Part shown: one piece after another, positions 17,509-27,732 of the stretch
How the letters are laid out: every line of letters begins with the position of its first letter
How positions within the stretch are numbered: the first letter of the stretch is position 1
Notes under the pieces: generated by a model
What the model was told of the DNA's origin: nothing
The model's database searches: none
The model's input: the letters and a program-made list of their open reading frames with translations, nothing else
Virus record (IMG/VR): IMGVR_UViG_3300032053_000032
Span: 1 to 64,000 of that record
Origin: a virus
Strand: one strand, 5' to 3'
Length of the DNA: 64,000 nt
Translations under genes and position numbers: made by a program

Positions 17509-19227
17509 ATGGCGACGATCGAGCAGGTCGAATGGCAGTTCAAGGTCGTCGACCAAGCCTCCAAGGCTATGTCTGGGATCGTCGGCGCCGCCGAGAAGCT
17601 CGAGAACAAGCTCAAGGGCGTCACCGACCTGCTCAGCGCTGCCGGGGGTTTCGCCGGCATGTTCGCCATCGGCTCCTCCGTTGCCGGGATCAACCAGACA
17701 TACGAAGCTGTCCTCCGGCTGAAGTCCGCCACCGGGCTCGCCGCGGAAGATGCCCACTCGATGCTCGACGCATTCGAGCTTTCCGGCGTGGAGGGTGGCG
17801 AGCAGATCATCGAGCGCATGACGATGAAGATCCAGAAGATGGGCGCGACCGGGGGCAAGAGCGCCGCCAAGATGGGCGCTGCGATGCGGAAGTTCGGCAC
17901 CGACGACGCGCAGAGCGCGGTCGACGTGATGATGGACCTGTCCACTGCCGCGCAGAAGGGCACGCTCAACCTCAACGACCTCCGGGAGTCGTTCGGCATG
18001 TCGGGCCAGCAGGCGATCAAGATGCAGCAGATGCTGGCCCGTGGCCCTGAGCGCATGAAGGCGCTCATGGACGGCACGTTGGCGTCTGGCGACCTGATCA
18101 CGGAGCAGGCCCTCGCCAGCTTCCAGGCGATGAAGGACTCCAAGCTTGCGCTGAAGGACTCGTGGGACGGGCTCGTCGGAACGCTCTACAAGTCGGTCGT
18201 CCCGATGATCACGTCCGCCATGACGAAGATCGGCGGGATGCTCGACCGGCTCCAGCCCAAGATCGACAAGATGGCCGCGTTCCTCCACGACCACATGGAG
18301 CAGATCGTCGGGCTCGCGGCGACCTTCGTGAAGCTGATGACCGCGAACAAGCTCACCCGGATGGTCACCGGACAAGGCCTCGGGAGCTTGGCTGCTGGGT
18401 TCCTAGCCAAGAAGGGCGGCGCGGCCGGCAAGATCGGCGAGATGATGGGTGGCGGGGTTCAGAAGGTCTTCGTGGCCAACTGGCCCGGAAGCATGAAGGT
18501 CGGCGGTGGGCTCCTCGGGGCGACTTCTGCTGGCGGTGGCTTAGGCGGCATGCTCGGTGGCGGTGCGAAGGAGGTAGGTGACGCTTTCGGGAAAGGCCCA
18601 AGCGTCATCGCGAAGGTGGCCGGCGCGTTCGGCGGCCTGCTTACAAGCCTCCCGATGGTCGCGATGGTGGTCTACACGTTGTCGCAGCACTTCGGCGCGT
18701 TCGCATCCGTCATCGCGCGACTCGCTCCTGTCGCGATGCAGGTGGGTGCGGCGCTCGGGCGGATCTTCGACGCGGCGAAGCCCATCATCGACCTGGCCGC
18801 GGACATCATCGGTGGAATCCTCCTTGTTGCCGTGAACGCCATCGCCACGGCCATCGAGGGCATTCTGCTGTTCGCGCGGGCGATCGGCTACTACATGGCG
18901 AACATCACCACGATCGGGTACGACCTGGCGAGCGCGTTCGGTGACGCGCAAGGTGACGTCGACGCGGAAAGGTCGCAGCAGCAAGCGCTACGCGAGCGCG
19001 CAAATCTGAAAGAAGCCAACGCTAACCGCGATCGGGCAAAAGCTGACGCGCTCAAGGGTTCCGGGGCACCGAGCACGAACTTCATCAACAACAAGTTCGA
19101 CATCAAACAGGAGTTTGCTGAAGGGTTTGATCATGACCGCATCGCCGTCGCGTTCGCCTCGGACCTCTCGCAGATCGGCGAGAGGAAGCTCCAGTCCGCG
19201 TACGCTCCACTTGGGTCGGTGCGCTAG
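17509..19227 (+). CDS. tape measure protein
   Basis: 572 aa, Ala/Gly/Met-rich helical; FKVVDQAS N-terminus; VQKVFVANWP motif; hydrophobic segments. Confidence 0.8.
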   Translation: MATIEQVEWQFKVVDQASKAMSGIVGAAEKLENKLKGVTDLLSAAGGFAGMFAIGSSVAGINQTYEAVLRLKSATGLAAEDAHSMLDAFELSGVEGGEQIIERMTMKIQKMGATGGKSAAKMGAAMRKFGTDDAQSAVDVMMDLSTAAQKGTLNLNDLRESFGMSGQQAIKMQQMLARGPERMKALMDGTLASGDLITEQALASFQAMKDSKLALKDSWDGLVGTLYKSVVPMITSAMTKIGGMLDRLQPKIDKMAAFLHDHMEQIVGLAATFVKLMTANKLTRMVTGQGLGSLAAGFLAKKGGAAGKIGEMMGGGVQKVFVANWPGSMKVGGGLLGATSAGGGLGGMLGGGAKEVGDAFGKGPSVIAKVAGAFGGLLTSLPMVAMVVYTLSQHFGAFASVIARLAPVAMQVGAALGRIFDAAKPIIDLAADIIGGILLVAVNAIATAIEGILLFARAIGYYMANITTIGYDLASAFGDAQGDVDAERSQQQALRERANLKEANANRDRAKADALKGSGAPSTNFINNKFDIKQEFAEGFDHDRIAVAFASDLSQIGERKLQSAYAPLGSVR

Positions 19228-20487
19228 GTGGCGATCACCTCCGGCTTCCATCTCCTCGATGTCTCCGCGTTCGTTATCACGGCGCTGTCGGGCGAGACGC
19301 GCGAGATCGTCCTGTCGGGGCGCGCCCTCCCGTTCCGGCCCTACTCGTTGAAGGGATCCCAGCGCGCAGAGTTCACTTGGACCCCAGGCAGCCCGGTCGC
19401 GAGCGTCCAGGTGATGGGTTCGCAGGAGGCCCCAACGACCATCAAGGGCAGGTGGAGCGACCGCTTCATCGGCGACAACACGACGGTTACGGCGCAGGGC
19501 GCGGAGATCATCTCCAACGCCCCGCCGGCCACGCTCAACGGGGAAGCCCTCTCGAACGTGAAGGAACTCGTGCGCGCCGTGGAGCAGATCCGGCGCGCGG
19601 GCCAGCTCGTCCGCGTGACCTGGGAGGAGACGGTCCGCCACGGCATCCTGACCGACTTCTCCCAGATGTGGAGCACCGCCCGCGACGTCGAGTGGGAGAT
19701 GACCTTCACGTGGGCGTCCCTCGGCGACGAGGCCGCCATCACCTTCGTCGCGGAGGAGATGGACCTGTCGGAGCTAGTCGCGCGGCACAGGCTGCTCAGC
19801 GACGCGGCTCTGGGTGCGATCGGTGGCGTCGCGGACGTCCTGGCGATCACCGAGTCCAAGACGTTCACAGACGAGGTCACGACCAAGCTCGCGAACGCCC
19901 GCACGAGCGTGTCCAACATGGAGGACACCGTCAACGGGCTCGTCGGGCAGGTAACCAACCCGCTGGGAGCCCTCGCCGCCGCCGCCGGGATGTGCGGGTT
20001 CATCCGGCAGGAGATGACCGACCTGGAGTTCAACCTCCAGGACAGCATCCACGCGTCCCTTCTCATTTTCGGCGTTGACTTCCAGCTCCAGACGATGGCC
20101 TCGACCTTCAAGCAGTGGTTCACGGCCAAGGCCCCAAGCCAGACCGCGTCGATCAGCAACACGGTACGCAGCCAAACGGCTCCGTTCGCCGCGCAGGTGA
20201 GCGTGCAGAAGAAGGTCCGCGACCTGCGCCGCGCCGTGCGCGGCCACAAGCACCAGGCCACGAACGACCAGATCAGGCTCTCCAAGCGGCTCGACGGCGA
20301 CCTGCTCGGAACGCACACCGGCCGCCTCGGCGAGGACCTCCGCGGCGTGTCGCAGGCGTTCTACCAGTCGCCAGACGAGTGGCAGCGCCTCGCGCGCTTC
20401 AACGGCGTGACCACGTCCAAGGTCCAGGCTGGACAGGTGATCCTCGTTCCGCGCGCGGACGACGGCAAGCGGGGGCGTGCGCGGTGA
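19228..20487 (+). CDS. tail tube initiator / baseplate protein with C-terminal LysM-like domain
   Basis: C-terminal GEDLRGVSQAFYQSPDEWQRLARFNG...AGQVILVP. Confidence 0.65.
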   Translation: MAITSGFHLLDVSAFVITALSGETREIVLSGRALPFRPYSLKGSQRAEFTWTPGSPVASVQVMGSQEAPTTIKGRWSDRFIGDNTTVTAQGAEIISNAPPATLNGEALSNVKELVRAVEQIRRAGQLVRVTWEETVRHGILTDFSQMWSTARDVEWEMTFTWASLGDEAAITFVAEEMDLSELVARHRLLSDAALGAIGGVADVLAITESKTFTDEVTTKLANARTSVSNMEDTVNGLVGQVTNPLGALAAAAGMCGFIRQEMTDLEFNLQDSIHASLLIFGVDFQLQTMASTFKQWFTAKAPSQTASISNTVRSQTAPFAAQVSVQKKVRDLRRAVRGHKHQATNDQIRLSKRLDGDLLGTHTGRLGEDLRGVSQAFYQSPDEWQRLARFNGVTTSKVQAGQVILVPRADDGKRGRAR

Positions 20488-20493
20488 AGTCCA

Positions 20494-22608
20494 ATGAATC
20501 CTAAGGATTTAGGGACTGTCTTCTACCCGAGCTGCGTCGTCCACTTCCTCTTCAGGTTCGACGAGACGCTCCAGGTGGCCGAGTCGAAGGCCGACCTCGT
20601 CAGTGGGCTAGACATCGACACGTCATCCCTCGCCAGCGCGACCGCGCGCCTGGCGAGCCAGGCCGTCTTGGCAGGGCACGTCATCGAAGCAGCAATAACC
20701 GAACTGGGAGACAAGCCGGCACCCGTCCTGCGCCCGCTGGTCTACCCGGCCGACGGGATGAGCCCCATCACGAACCGCGTGCCGCAGAAGGCGACCATCG
20801 AGCTTCCAGGACTGCGCCAGGCCGGCAAGTTCAGCCTGAGCTTCAAGTACCTGGACCTGCCGATTGACCCGCGGCTCGTTCGTGCGTGCTCGGTTGAAAT
20901 CCACCTTGGGACGGTCGGGCCCAGCGCCTTCGGGCGTGGGATGCTCGGCGGGCAGAAGTCTCCTGGCGGGCAGATCGAGAGCATCATGTCTACCCGCAAC
21001 GCGGAGGGCACCGCCAACGACGACACGATGATCATGTACGGTACCGTCGACAACTGGTCGGTGGAGCATGACGAGAGCGGCAGCACGATCTCGATGGACG
21101 GCCGTGACCTGCGCGGGCTCCTGCTCGATGCTAAGGTCCCGATGCAGAAGATGGCGGACCTCCAGCTCGACAAGCCGATCGACGAGGTCGTGAAGGCGAT
21201 CCTGCACACGCTGCCGTCCGAGGTAGACCTCAGCCTGTTCGTCATCTGCAACCAGGAGGAGTGGGGCGGCGTCATCCCGTCCCCGGTCGACAAGGACGGG
21301 CTCACGCGTGTCCGTCTCAAGGCGGATGGCGCCGGCACAGGGCAGTCGTCTGGCGCGGGCGCCGGGCAGGACAAGCTCTCGTACTGGGACATCATCACCA
21401 GGTACACCGGGCTCGTCGGCGCGGTCCCGTACTTCCGCGGGCAGTACCTGTGGATCCGGCCGGCGCGCCGGCTGTACGACATGCTGGAAAACCCGAAGAC
21501 GCGCACTCCGTTCGCGGACGGCGAGGCGCGCACGGTCACCTCCGTCGGGAGCGATGGGGCTGCCATCGTCGAGAAGATCCGCATCCGCCGCCTGGTCTAC
21601 GGGCGCAACATCTCCAAGCTCTCGTACGAGCGGAAGTTTGCGCAGGCATGCCCGATCGTCGAGGTCGTCTCGCTCGACGACTCGGTCCGCGGTGAGGGGA
21701 AGCTCCTGCTCGCGCAGTGGCCCCCGAAGGGCTCGCTCGCGGCAATCCTCAAGGGCGACACGGACGAGACGTCCAACGCTGTGGCGGACCCGACCGGGGC
21801 GGCACCGAAGTCGAGCAGCAATACGGGCGGCGCGAACCGCACGCGCATCAACGTTCCTGGGATCCGCTCGATGGCGCGCCTCACGGCCATCGCTCAGGAC
21901 ATCTACGAGGAGATCGGGCGCGGTGAGATGGGCGGCAACTGCTCCACGCGCGCGCTCACCTCGTTCGGCGGCGACTCGCTCGACCCGGACATGCTGCGGC
22001 TTCGCCCGTCCGACGGCGTGGAGTTCCTCGTCGACAAGCGTGCCCTAGCGTCCCGGCCACCTCTCGCTGCCGCCCAGCTCATCGAGAACACGCAGATGCC
22101 CTTTGAGGCGCTCGTGCAGAAGGTAGCCGGCACGCTCCAGGGCGGAAGGTCAGGCCAGAAGCCGGACACGAATCTCGCTCGCGTGCTTGTCGCGACCGCG
22201 CGCTCCGCGATCGTCGACAGCATGCGGTTCTTCCGTGTCTCCAACGTGAAGTACAACTGGGCGGCGTCGGTCGGACAGGGCGGTGGCGGTGGCGTGGACA
22301 TCGCGTTCGACTTCCAGAACTACGTCGTTCCACGCCACAAAGCTTCGACAGCACCGGAACCAAAATACACGGCCAACGCGAAGGTCACGCCTGTGCAAAT
22401 CCAGGGTGATATAAATTTCCTGCAACAACTTGCTCAGCAGTTTGGAGTAGCCGCGTACAAGAAGGGCATCTCGCGCCCTGGTAGTGCGGAGGAGGGGCAC
22501 GAGTTCGGTGTAGGCGACTCTGTTGAAGAAGGCATCCGCCTGAAAAAAGAGGCGCTTCAGGATACGGTATTCAACGCAAACGTGGGCATCGGGCGGGGGC
22601 TCAGGTAG
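20494..22608 (+). CDS. baseplate hub protein (P2 gpD / T4 gp27-like)
   Basis: YGTVDNWSV...ISMDGRDLRGLLLD motif; synteny. Confidence 0.65.
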   Translation: MNPKDLGTVFYPSCVVHFLFRFDETLQVAESKADLVSGLDIDTSSLASATARLASQAVLAGHVIEAAITELGDKPAPVLRPLVYPADGMSPITNRVPQKATIELPGLRQAGKFSLSFKYLDLPIDPRLVRACSVEIHLGTVGPSAFGRGMLGGQKSPGGQIESIMSTRNAEGTANDDTMIMYGTVDNWSVEHDESGSTISMDGRDLRGLLLDAKVPMQKMADLQLDKPIDEVVKAILHTLPSEVDLSLFVICNQEEWGGVIPSPVDKDGLTRVRLKADGAGTGQSSGAGAGQDKLSYWDIITRYTGLVGAVPYFRGQYLWIRPARRLYDMLENPKTRTPFADGEARTVTSVGSDGAAIVEKIRIRRLVYGRNISKLSYERKFAQACPIVEVVSLDDSVRGEGKLLLAQWPPKGSLAAILKGDTDETSNAVADPTGAAPKSSSNTGGANRTRINVPGIRSMARLTAIAQDIYEEIGRGEMGGNCSTRALTSFGGDSLDPDMLRLRPSDGVEFLVDKRALASRPPLAAAQLIENTQMPFEALVQKVAGTLQGGRSGQKPDTNLARVLVATARSAIVDSMRFFRVSNVKYNWAASVGQGGGGGVDIAFDFQNYVVPRHKASTAPEPKYTANAKVTPVQIQGDINFLQQLAQQFGVAAYKKGISRPGSAEEGHEFGVGDSVEEGIRLKKEALQDTVFNANVGIGRGLR

Positions 22609-23265
22609 ATGCTGAGCAAGACGCGAGTCTCGAACACGATCGACACAGGCCGCCTGAGTCAGGCCGTGTCGCGCCCAGGCATTGACCCCCGCACGTGGGT
22701 TTGGCCGGCCATCGTCAAGAAGGTCACCATCGACGCGGACCACGGTGTCTTCCTCGACGTGCTCCTGCTCCCAGATCAGCTCCCGGAGACAGCCCGCTAC
22801 GCGCCCATCTACTCGGGCAGCGGGTTCGGGCTCTACTTCCCGATCGAGGTCGACGACGAGATCATCGTAATGGCTCCGCACGGGAACCCGGACGAGGGGC
22901 TCATCGCGATGCCCCGCCCGTGGTCGGGCGCCGACAAGCCGCCGGCCGAGATCTCCGGCAAGCCTGCTGACCTACTCCTGCTCGCCAAGGACGGCGCCAC
23001 CGTGCGCGTGGCTGTCCAGGGTACGGGGAATATCGTGCTCGATCCGCGCGGGACCGGGAAGGTTCTCCTCGGTGGTGAAGCTGGAACCTCGCCCGTGTCC
23101 CGCGTCGGCGACTCGATCAAGATCCCTGGAGCTGGGCCGAATTTGCTCTCGCTTGGGCTTCAGGCGCAGCTTGACCTGCGCTACACCATCCTGAACCCAG
23201 CATCTGCACTTCTCGATATCTCGGGCACGATCACGAGCGGGGCGTCTAAGGTGGAAGCCAAATGA
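22609..23265 (+). CDS. baseplate spike (P2 gpV-like)
   Basis: OB-fold GSGFGLYFPIEVDDEIIV; C-terminal VSRVGD...GTITSGAS. Confidence 0.75.
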   Translation: MLSKTRVSNTIDTGRLSQAVSRPGIDPRTWVWPAIVKKVTIDADHGVFLDVLLLPDQLPETARYAPIYSGSGFGLYFPIEVDDEIIVMAPHGNPDEGLIAMPRPWSGADKPPAEISGKPADLLLLAKDGATVRVAVQGTGNIVLDPRGTGKVLLGGEAGTSPVSRVGDSIKIPGAGPNLLSLGLQAQLDLRYTILNPASALLDISGTITSGASKVEAK

Positions 23266-24077
23266 CCTGGGGCATCTTCAGTTGGGGCACGAGCCCATTC
23301 GGCGGCCCGCCCGTCGGCATCCACATCGCCTCGGCGGTCGCGACCAGCACGAACACCGTGCTCGTGTCGCTCACTGCGCCGCCTCTGGCTGCATCCGGCT
23401 TCCAGATCGGCGCGTCGCCGAACCCCATGACGTGGACGCTCGTTCGCCTCGACAACGGTGCCACCCTGCCGGTCATGGCAGCCCGCCTCGTGGGGTCGAT
23501 GCAGGTGGAGCTGTTCACGCTCACCCAGCTTGCTGATCAGCGCGTTCGTCACCGCGTTGGGAGCACAACCCTGCTCTCCGCAAGCGGCGCGATCATCACG
23601 CTACCCAACAGCGCGGACTTCGACGGCGTTATCCGCGCGGACGTCGAGACGAACGCCAGGAACGCCAAGCGCACGACCTCGCAGCGCGACCTCCACAACG
23701 TCCCCACCCCGACCAGCAACTCGGTTGGTGGCACGCTCAGGATCGGGCGCGACGGCGACTATGAGACGGAAGGCGGCACAGAGCTGCTACGGAAGCTGAT
23801 CATCCGCCGGCTCGTCACCGCTCCTGGCGAGTTCTTCCACCTGCCGGATTACGGGCTCGGCATCAAAGTGAAGGAGGCCCCGCCGGGCGGGAGCATGACT
23901 CGCCTGAAGCAGGAGATCATACGGCAGGTCCAGCTCGAACCAGAGGTAGCCGAGGTCGGTGCGCAGGTCACGATGTCGTCGGACGGCCTGCTGTCCGTCC
24001 AGCTCCTCGTTCGCACCGTGAGGGGCGAATCCGTGGAAGTCTCGGTCAAGCAGGGCCAGAATGGGGTGCAATTCTAG
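23262..24077 (+). CDS. baseplate wedge / sheath initiator (gp25/W-like) with N-terminal extension
   Basis: RRLVTAPGEFFHLPDYGLGI gp25-like motif. Confidence 0.7.
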   Translation: MTWGIFSWGTSPFGGPPVGIHIASAVATSTNTVLVSLTAPPLAASGFQIGASPNPMTWTLVRLDNGATLPVMAARLVGSMQVELFTLTQLADQRVRHRVGSTTLLSASGAIITLPNSADFDGVIRADVETNARNAKRTTSQRDLHNVPTPTSNSVGGTLRIGRDGDYETEGGTELLRKLIIRRLVTAPGEFFHLPDYGLGIKVKEAPPGGSMTRLKQEIIRQVQLEPEVAEVGAQVTMSSDGLLSVQLLVRTVRGESVEVSVKQGQNGVQF

Positions 24078-25289
24078 ATGGGCTTCCCGACCAGGCAAGA
24101 CTTCGTACGGATCTCCCGCGACGAGATCCTGTCCCAGAACTCCGCGCTCGCGCTCGACGCCGTGGACCGCGACGGCGCCGACGCGAACGTCATCGTGGCC
24201 GCCATCTCCGCAGCGGCGGACGAGGTCATCAACCAGCTCGCCGACGTCGAGGCCGGGCAGTTCCTCGACAGCGCGGAGGGAACCAAGCTCGACCGCTGGG
24301 TGTTCGACCGCTACCAGCTCGTCCGGAAGCCGCCCGCGCCGGCGTTCGGCTCGGTCGAGTTCAGGCTCGCGGCGGCCAACCCGGCAGCATTCACCATCCC
24401 TGTCAGCTTGGTCCTGTCCACCTCCGACGGGCGCCAGTACGTCACGACCCAGGCCACCGTTTTCCCGCTCGCGTCGCTGGGCCCGATCGTCGCCCCCGTG
24501 CGGAGCGTCCTCGCCGGGCTGAAGCAGCAGGCGGCCGCCCTCGCCATCACGAGCATCGTGGGAACCATCTCCGGCTCTCCCGCTGGGATCACGCTGAAGA
24601 ACAGCCTCGCTACGGCCGGCGCGGCGGACGGCGAGAAGGACGCGGACCTGCGCGACCGCGCGCGGCGCTTCTTCACGACGGCAGAGAAGGGAACGCTCAA
24701 GGCGATCGAGGCTGGGGCGCTCGCGGTAGCCGGGGTGCGGCGCGCGACCGCGCTGGAGATCATCGACGTGTCTGGACGCCCCGCGCGCGTCGTCCAGCTC
24801 ATCATCGCGGACGGCTTCACGGACGCGCTCGCCAACCTCGGAGCGAACCCCATCTCGTACCAGACGCAGAGCCAGCAGCTCGCGCTCACCGTCTTCAACT
24901 CGCTCTCGAACGTCCGGGCAGCGGGCATCTACGTCCAGGTGCTCGTGGCGCAGATCATCCTCCAGCCGGTTCTGCTCAACCTGCACTTCCAAGCCGGCGT
25001 GAACGTGGACCTCGTCGCGAACACGACGCGCTCCACGATCGTCGCCTTCGTGAACAACCTCGCGCCGGGTGCGACGCTCGACCCGGCCGACCTGCTCACC
25101 GCGATCAGTACGGTGCCTGGCCTCGACATCAAGGGCGACGAGATCCAGAGCCCACCCGGCACCGTTGACCCGACACCGCTCCAGGTGATCCGCACGATGC
25201 TCGCGCTCGTGTCTGCGTCCGTCTCCAGCGGTACCCAGATCGGACTCTCCGCGAACCCGGATGTCGCGTTCATCCTGGGGGCGACGTAG
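24078..25289 (+). CDS. baseplate J-like wedge protein
   Basis: FLDSAEGTKLD, GAADGEKDADLRDR and GTLKAIEAGALAVAGV motifs. Confidence 0.85.
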   Translation: MGFPTRQDFVRISRDEILSQNSALALDAVDRDGADANVIVAAISAAADEVINQLADVEAGQFLDSAEGTKLDRWVFDRYQLVRKPPAPAFGSVEFRLAAANPAAFTIPVSLVLSTSDGRQYVTTQATVFPLASLGPIVAPVRSVLAGLKQQAAALAITSIVGTISGSPAGITLKNSLATAGAADGEKDADLRDRARRFFTTAEKGTLKAIEAGALAVAGVRRATALEIIDVSGRPARVVQLIIADGFTDALANLGANPISYQTQSQQLALTVFNSLSNVRAAGIYVQVLVAQIILQPVLLNLHFQAGVNVDLVANTTRSTIVAFVNNLAPGATLDPADLLTAISTVPGLDIKGDEIQSPPGTVDPTPLQVIRTMLALVSASVSSGTQIGLSANPDVAFILGAT

Positions 25290-25293
25290 GCGC

Positions 25294-26496
25294 GTGACCA
25301 CCGACTTCCCCATCGGCGACTCGCCGTCCGACTGCTCGCCTCTCGCGCTGGCGCAGCAGGACTTCCTGGACCTGTTCGACCGCATCCTGCCCGAGAGCTA
25401 CCTCGGGCCGATGAAGAACGGCGAGGGGCCGGGTTACGAGGTCTTCAAGGCGCTCGCGAAGGTATTCGCGCGGGCGTCCCTCGCGGTCGGACGTGCCGAA
25501 TGCACGGCGCTCCTCCTCGCGGCCACCGGCCCGCGGTACTCGACCGGCGTCGTCGAGTTCTACCGATCCGTGACGACCGCCGGGAGCCTGGTCATCAAGG
25601 CCGGTACGATCGTCACCACGTCCAAGAGCGGCCGAGATTTCGCCGTGGTTGCGGACGTCACGATGGCTGGGCTCACCATCTCCGCGAACGTCCAGGCGCT
25701 CGTCGCGAGCTACCAGTGGGACGTGACCGGGCAGGTGATCATCTCGCAGGGCGTCCTGCCAGGCGAGATTGACACCGTCAAGTTCCCGATCCAGTCCAGC
25801 CTCGCCCCGGCGCGCCTTGGCGACCCGTACGCCGACCCGACCGTGATGGTGCGGCAGTTCGCAACCTTCTCCGGAGGCTTACCAGCAGCGCTTGACCAGC
25901 TCGGGTCCGACCGCGGGATCGATCGCGTGCCAAGCGAGACGGACAGCCACTACCGGGCACGCGTCCGCTCGCTCCCGCAGGTCATCACGCCGGACGCGAT
26001 CGAGAGGGTCCTCGTCGACCTGCTCAGCCCGCTCGGGATCGCGTTCGACCTCATCGAAACATGGGCGCCCGCGTACCAGACGTGCTGGTTCAGCGACAAC
26101 TTCGACCCCTCTGCGATCCCGATCACCTCGGGCTTCGATTCCAACAACTTCTGCTGGAGCGACCCGCGCGCCGCATACCCGTTCCGCGGGCGCTGGCTCT
26201 CGCAGATCGACATGGCCGGCGCGTTCATCGTGGTCCTGCCAAACCTCCCGGCGCTGCTCAACCAGGGGATGGCGTGGAACGACCCGGCGAACGATCTCGC
26301 CGCCCACACGGATACGCAGGGCTCGCGCGCGTACACCGTCTGGAATATGCCGGACAGCCCCGTCGCGGCGATGGTGCAGGGCGCGTGGAACGGCGACGAC
26401 TACCAGAAATCGGCCTTCTACCTGAAGGTCATCGACATCCTGAACGCGATCAAGGCCGGCGGCGTGACGGTCGAGGTCGTGGTACAAGGGCAGTAG
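25294..26496 (+). CDS. baseplate wedge protein (gpI-like)
   Basis: GTG start at 25294; LDQLGSDRGIDRVPSETDSHYRAR and C-terminal IKAGGV motifs. Confidence 0.65.
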   Translation: MTTDFPIGDSPSDCSPLALAQQDFLDLFDRILPESYLGPMKNGEGPGYEVFKALAKVFARASLAVGRAECTALLLAATGPRYSTGVVEFYRSVTTAGSLVIKAGTIVTTSKSGRDFAVVADVTMAGLTISANVQALVASYQWDVTGQVIISQGVLPGEIDTVKFPIQSSLAPARLGDPYADPTVMVRQFATFSGGLPAALDQLGSDRGIDRVPSETDSHYRARVRSLPQVITPDAIERVLVDLLSPLGIAFDLIETWAPAYQTCWFSDNFDPSAIPITSGFDSNNFCWSDPRAAYPFRGRWLSQIDMAGAFIVVLPNLPALLNQGMAWNDPANDLAAHTDTQGSRAYTVWNMPDSPVAAMVQGAWNGDDYQKSAFYLKVIDILNAIKAGGVTVEVVVQGQ

Positions 26497-26505
26497 GAGC
26501 ACAAC

Positions 26506-27729
26506 GTGGCAGACGCACCGTGGGACCGCACTATCATTCAGGCGCTTGAGCGCCCGATCTGCGACGACATCGATCAGGCGCAGTCGCAGATGGACGGCGC
26601 GCTTCGTGAGGTGCTCGACCGGATGCTCCTCCAAAGGACGTCGATCGCAAACGACGTCGGAGCGTGGAACAACAACGCCGCGGTCTTCTTTGGTGACGGC
26701 TTCAAGGTCCGTCCGGTCGCGGCTGCCCTCCAAGTGTCCGTCACCGCCGGGCTCGGCGTCGTGGTCGACACGACCGACGTCCCGATCGCGATCGGCGCTG
26801 GCATTGCTGGTGCCGCGGTTCCTGGCCTCGACGACCGCTCGCGTCTGAAGCCGCTCCCGCTGGAAGCGAACGCTGTCTTCAACATCCCAGCTCCCCCCGG
26901 CGTCGGGCTTCAGCGCTTCGACATCATCGAAGTGAAGCAGAGCCGCGTCATTACGAACGCGACCGCGCGCGCCGTCCTGAACACGGGCACAGGTATCTTC
27001 GCGCCGAACGTCGTGAACAAGACGCTGGAGTTCAAGCTCGACGGGCACGTGGGAACCGTCGTATCGCCGGCTGTGTCGGTTCAGTCGCTCGGCTACAAGC
27101 AGGGTGCGGCGGCGGCCGTGGCCGTATCACCGGCCGTCTCGCCTGGCTACACGATCATCGCGCGCATCCTCGTCATAAACGGCGCTATCAACGTCGATAA
27201 CGGCGTCATCCAGGACCTCAGGTCGCAGGCTGCATCTGGTGGGATGAGCCGTGTCGGGCTGCGCTTCACGATGCCGACGACGGGCGCTGCTGTGGTTCCC
27301 ACGATCACCAACCTGATCGCCCCTGCAGGGGCGGTCGCGGTGGTGGTAGGGCAGGCGTCCGGCTTTGCCTCGAACGCGACCTCAGCTCAGGCCAACGTCT
27401 ACATCATAGGCGCCGCCGTGGCGGGAGCGAACAACGCGATCACCGTGAACAGCGAGCACGTCAACACGCCAAACACCGTGTACGTATCGTCTTTCAACGT
27501 CTCTCCGCTCGGTGTTCTTGTACAGGGAATCACAGCCGCGGAGAAGGCAGAAATTGAGGGAGCCAACGCGAGCCCTGCTGGCCTCAAGGTCGCCGTGGGC
27601 CAACCGCGGCTGGCCTTCCGCGTGTTCTCGAACGCCCTCCTGAACGGTGGGTCCGTGCGCAGCATGGACGGGTCGCTCGGCGACCCGAACCCGATCCCGT
27701 ACCACGTCCAGATCGTGGGCGAGAGGTAG
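26506..27729 (+). CDS. tail / baseplate structural protein (fibre attachment)
   Basis: 407 aa; GDGFKV...VSVTAG and RFDIIEV motifs common in fibre N-terminal domains. Confidence 0.55.
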   Translation: MADAPWDRTIIQALERPICDDIDQAQSQMDGALREVLDRMLLQRTSIANDVGAWNNNAAVFFGDGFKVRPVAAALQVSVTAGLGVVVDTTDVPIAIGAGIAGAAVPGLDDRSRLKPLPLEANAVFNIPAPPGVGLQRFDIIEVKQSRVITNATARAVLNTGTGIFAPNVVNKTLEFKLDGHVGTVVSPAVSVQSLGYKQGAAAAVAVSPAVSPGYTIIARILVINGAINVDNGVIQDLRSQAASGGMSRVGLRFTMPTTGAAVVPTITNLIAPAGAVAVVVGQASGFASNATSAQANVYIIGAAVAGANNAITVNSEHVNTPNTVYVSSFNVSPLGVLVQGITAAEKAEIEGANASPAGLKVAVGQPRLAFRVFSNALLNGGSVRSMDGSLGDPNPIPYHVQIVGER

Positions 27730-27732
27730 CCG

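Noticed and set aside
8673-25385. Long minus-strand ORFs (for example 8673-10106, 13016-15421, 23787-25385)
   Set aside because: These are antisense shadows of GC3-biased structural genes, with no RBS or motifs and Arg/Val/Asp-rich composition
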